The notes under the pieces are model-generated. The model saw only the letters and a program-made list of their open reading frames with translations, was not told the DNA's origin and searched no databases. A DNA stretch of 63,258 nt, the filler included, from Phoronis australis (taxonomy: Eukaryota; Animalia; Phoronida), in assembly GCA_002633005.1 (NCBI GenBank). It is 6 parts of 6 records of this genome, joined end to end, with 100 filler letters (N's around TTAATTAATTAA, not from the genome) between each part and the next. Parts side by side here need not be neighbours in the genome. Positions count along the whole stretch, not along the records: positions 48,283 to 61,369 come from NMRA01001224.1; positions 61,470 to 63,258 come from NMRA01002069.1; 4 more parts are not named here. One strand, written 5' to 3'. Positions within the stretch are counted from its first letter, which is position 1. Every line of letters begins with the position of its first letter. Made by a program: the position numbers and the translations under genes. Positions 61,368 through 63,258 of this stretch are shown here, one piece after another.

Positions 61368-63258
61368 CGNNNNNNNNNNNNNNNNNNNNNNNNNNNNNNN
61401 NNNNNNNNNNNNNTTAATTAATTAANNNNNNNNNNNNNNNNNNNNNNNNNNNNNNNNNNNNNNNNNNNNGTGCTCCTTAATTATGCTCTTGAATATTTGG
61501 AAATTGTCTAAACCCCTGTATACACACCACACTTTTTCGTGTACGACTTTTCGTATGCTAAAAAAAGGTGTGTGTAAGCAGATGTTCCAACAAAAATTTT
61601 TGCTGGTGGCGTGACTCATACCCAGATGTGCACAATATGGTTTCACGAAACTTATGTGCCAAGTTCAAGTGACGAAATCGAGAAGGGTTTTTAATTATCT
61701 TAAGAAAAACTCCAGAGACATGTTAAGTGCCAGAAACTTACCAGTATGCATGGAAATTTCACTATTTGGCTACAAAAACAAAAAAAATATCTTACACGGG
61801 AGGGGAAATCCCCTTCCCGACCTCCCCCCCGCTCGGCGCCACGCGCCTAGGATTCGACCTTGGCGGGAATCCTAAACCCCCCCTTGCTGAAAACGTAGAT
61901 CCGCCACTGGGTTTACGGTAGATGAGTTACCCCACAACACAACAGTGACAATTTGCATGCATAATGGTTGCAGAGAACTTATATAAAAACTCTGGGAAAT
62001 TTTACTGTGCTATACCTTCATACAGGAGTGCAGAATGCTGTCCAACAACTACTCTACTGCCATCTAGTGGTCATTATCGAAAAGTGGTCATTAGCAAATT
62101 TCATGACATCCCATTCAAGCAGTGTCTGGAAGATCAGCTTTATGGATAATAGTCACTTACAACCGTTCCTGCATTTGAGAACCAGTTTCCTCCACTGTAT
62201 AAAAGGCATCACACTGGTTCTCAAAATTCAGAATTCCTGTAAGTAATTGGGATAAGACATCTGGTTAACAGCATTAATTGTCTTAGTTTACTGGCTTCTG
62301 ATACATATTAGGTGTCATGGCTTAAAACTGAAATCAGGAAATCAGATAATGATTGAACATATTTGGGCCCCGGAAACCCAAGCGCATTGGACCGAGTGTG
62401 GTGTGCATTACTCACTGAACTAAGCCCCTCTGTTAGAACTTTCCCCTGGGGCCCGCGAATCATCACAAAATGTGGAACAAAATTTTTCCGTTTATTGTTA
62501 TTGCGCGCCCAGTATTATGTTGACCCATCTGCAACTAATTCATTCTCTGTGCATAAGCCTTCACACAGTTTCAGCAAGTTTTAGGAACTTTCTACTTAAC
62601 AGCACCTACCGTCGCTCGCCCAGAACAGACGACATAACGCTTAAGAAATCCTCAATGAAATCGTTTGCTCTCTCACTGTAATAGAAACAGGTGTTTTAAT
62701 TTGGACAGGAGTGTGTAAGATTTAATAGACAAGAGCTACTCTGAAATGAACCATTACACAAGATCAAAGATCAAGCCTGGGGACACATTCATAAAGTCAG
62801 GAAATTGGTCTTACGTTCCCAAACAATGAAAAATAATTCCATCTCACTTTAGCAAAAATACTAACTTTTTGAACATAACCATAACACTTAGTTATTGAGA
62901 AATAATTTGTGTAAAATATTTCTAGGGTGTCATGTAATAATAATTATTTGGCAAACCATTATACAGTAATTGTCAAGTGAGTAGTAAACTACGTAAATCT
63001 AAATTAATGACTTTAAGCATTAAAGTGGATCTCGCACGTTAATTCCTTATCTCTCAGATTGCTTGGTCAAATTAATTAGAAAAACAACATATAGTGATGA
63101 TATGAATATGAAGTAGGCTGAAAAATACCAAATGTTTTCTTAGAACGAGTTTTGTGTCGAAAATGATCTGTCATAAATCATTAAGTTGCGTCCTCTAAGT
63201 ATCGTGACATTGTGTTGTGAATAAAACTGCATGACACCAGTTATATGAGCCCCCAAGG

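Overview
AT-rich, intron-rich metazoan (invertebrate-like) genomic DNA, not prokaryotic. Five identical 100-nt artificial linkers (44N-TTAATTAATTAA-44N) split the window into six blocks whose adjacency may not be biological. Block 1 (1-24724) carries the 5' part of a large minus-strand secreted or cell-surface gene, reconstructed by hand as 13 phase-consistent GT-AG coding exons: signal peptide, C-type lectin, LDLa, CUB, PAN/Apple, cysteine-free CUB, CUB, continuing out of the window. The architecture is uninflatable-like. Its most unusual feature is a 33-bp minisatellite made of 14 tandem copies of an exon end plus its 5' splice donor: the first three donors stay in frame and the rest follow an in-frame TAG. 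Other blocks hold gene fragments: two BACE-like aspartyl protease exons, two HTD2/MaoC dehydratase exons, one SLC22 transporter exon and most of a DUF229 ORF. The remainder is transposon-rich: an internally deleted Kolobok (THAP plus KolX-like remnants, TTAA TSD), a MULE-like element with a 9-bp TSD, hAT-like MITEs with 5-bp TSDs, LINE and SINE remnants, two degenerate Penelope-type hammerhead motifs and many minisatellites. All family assignments come from motif recognition by eye; no database searches were run.
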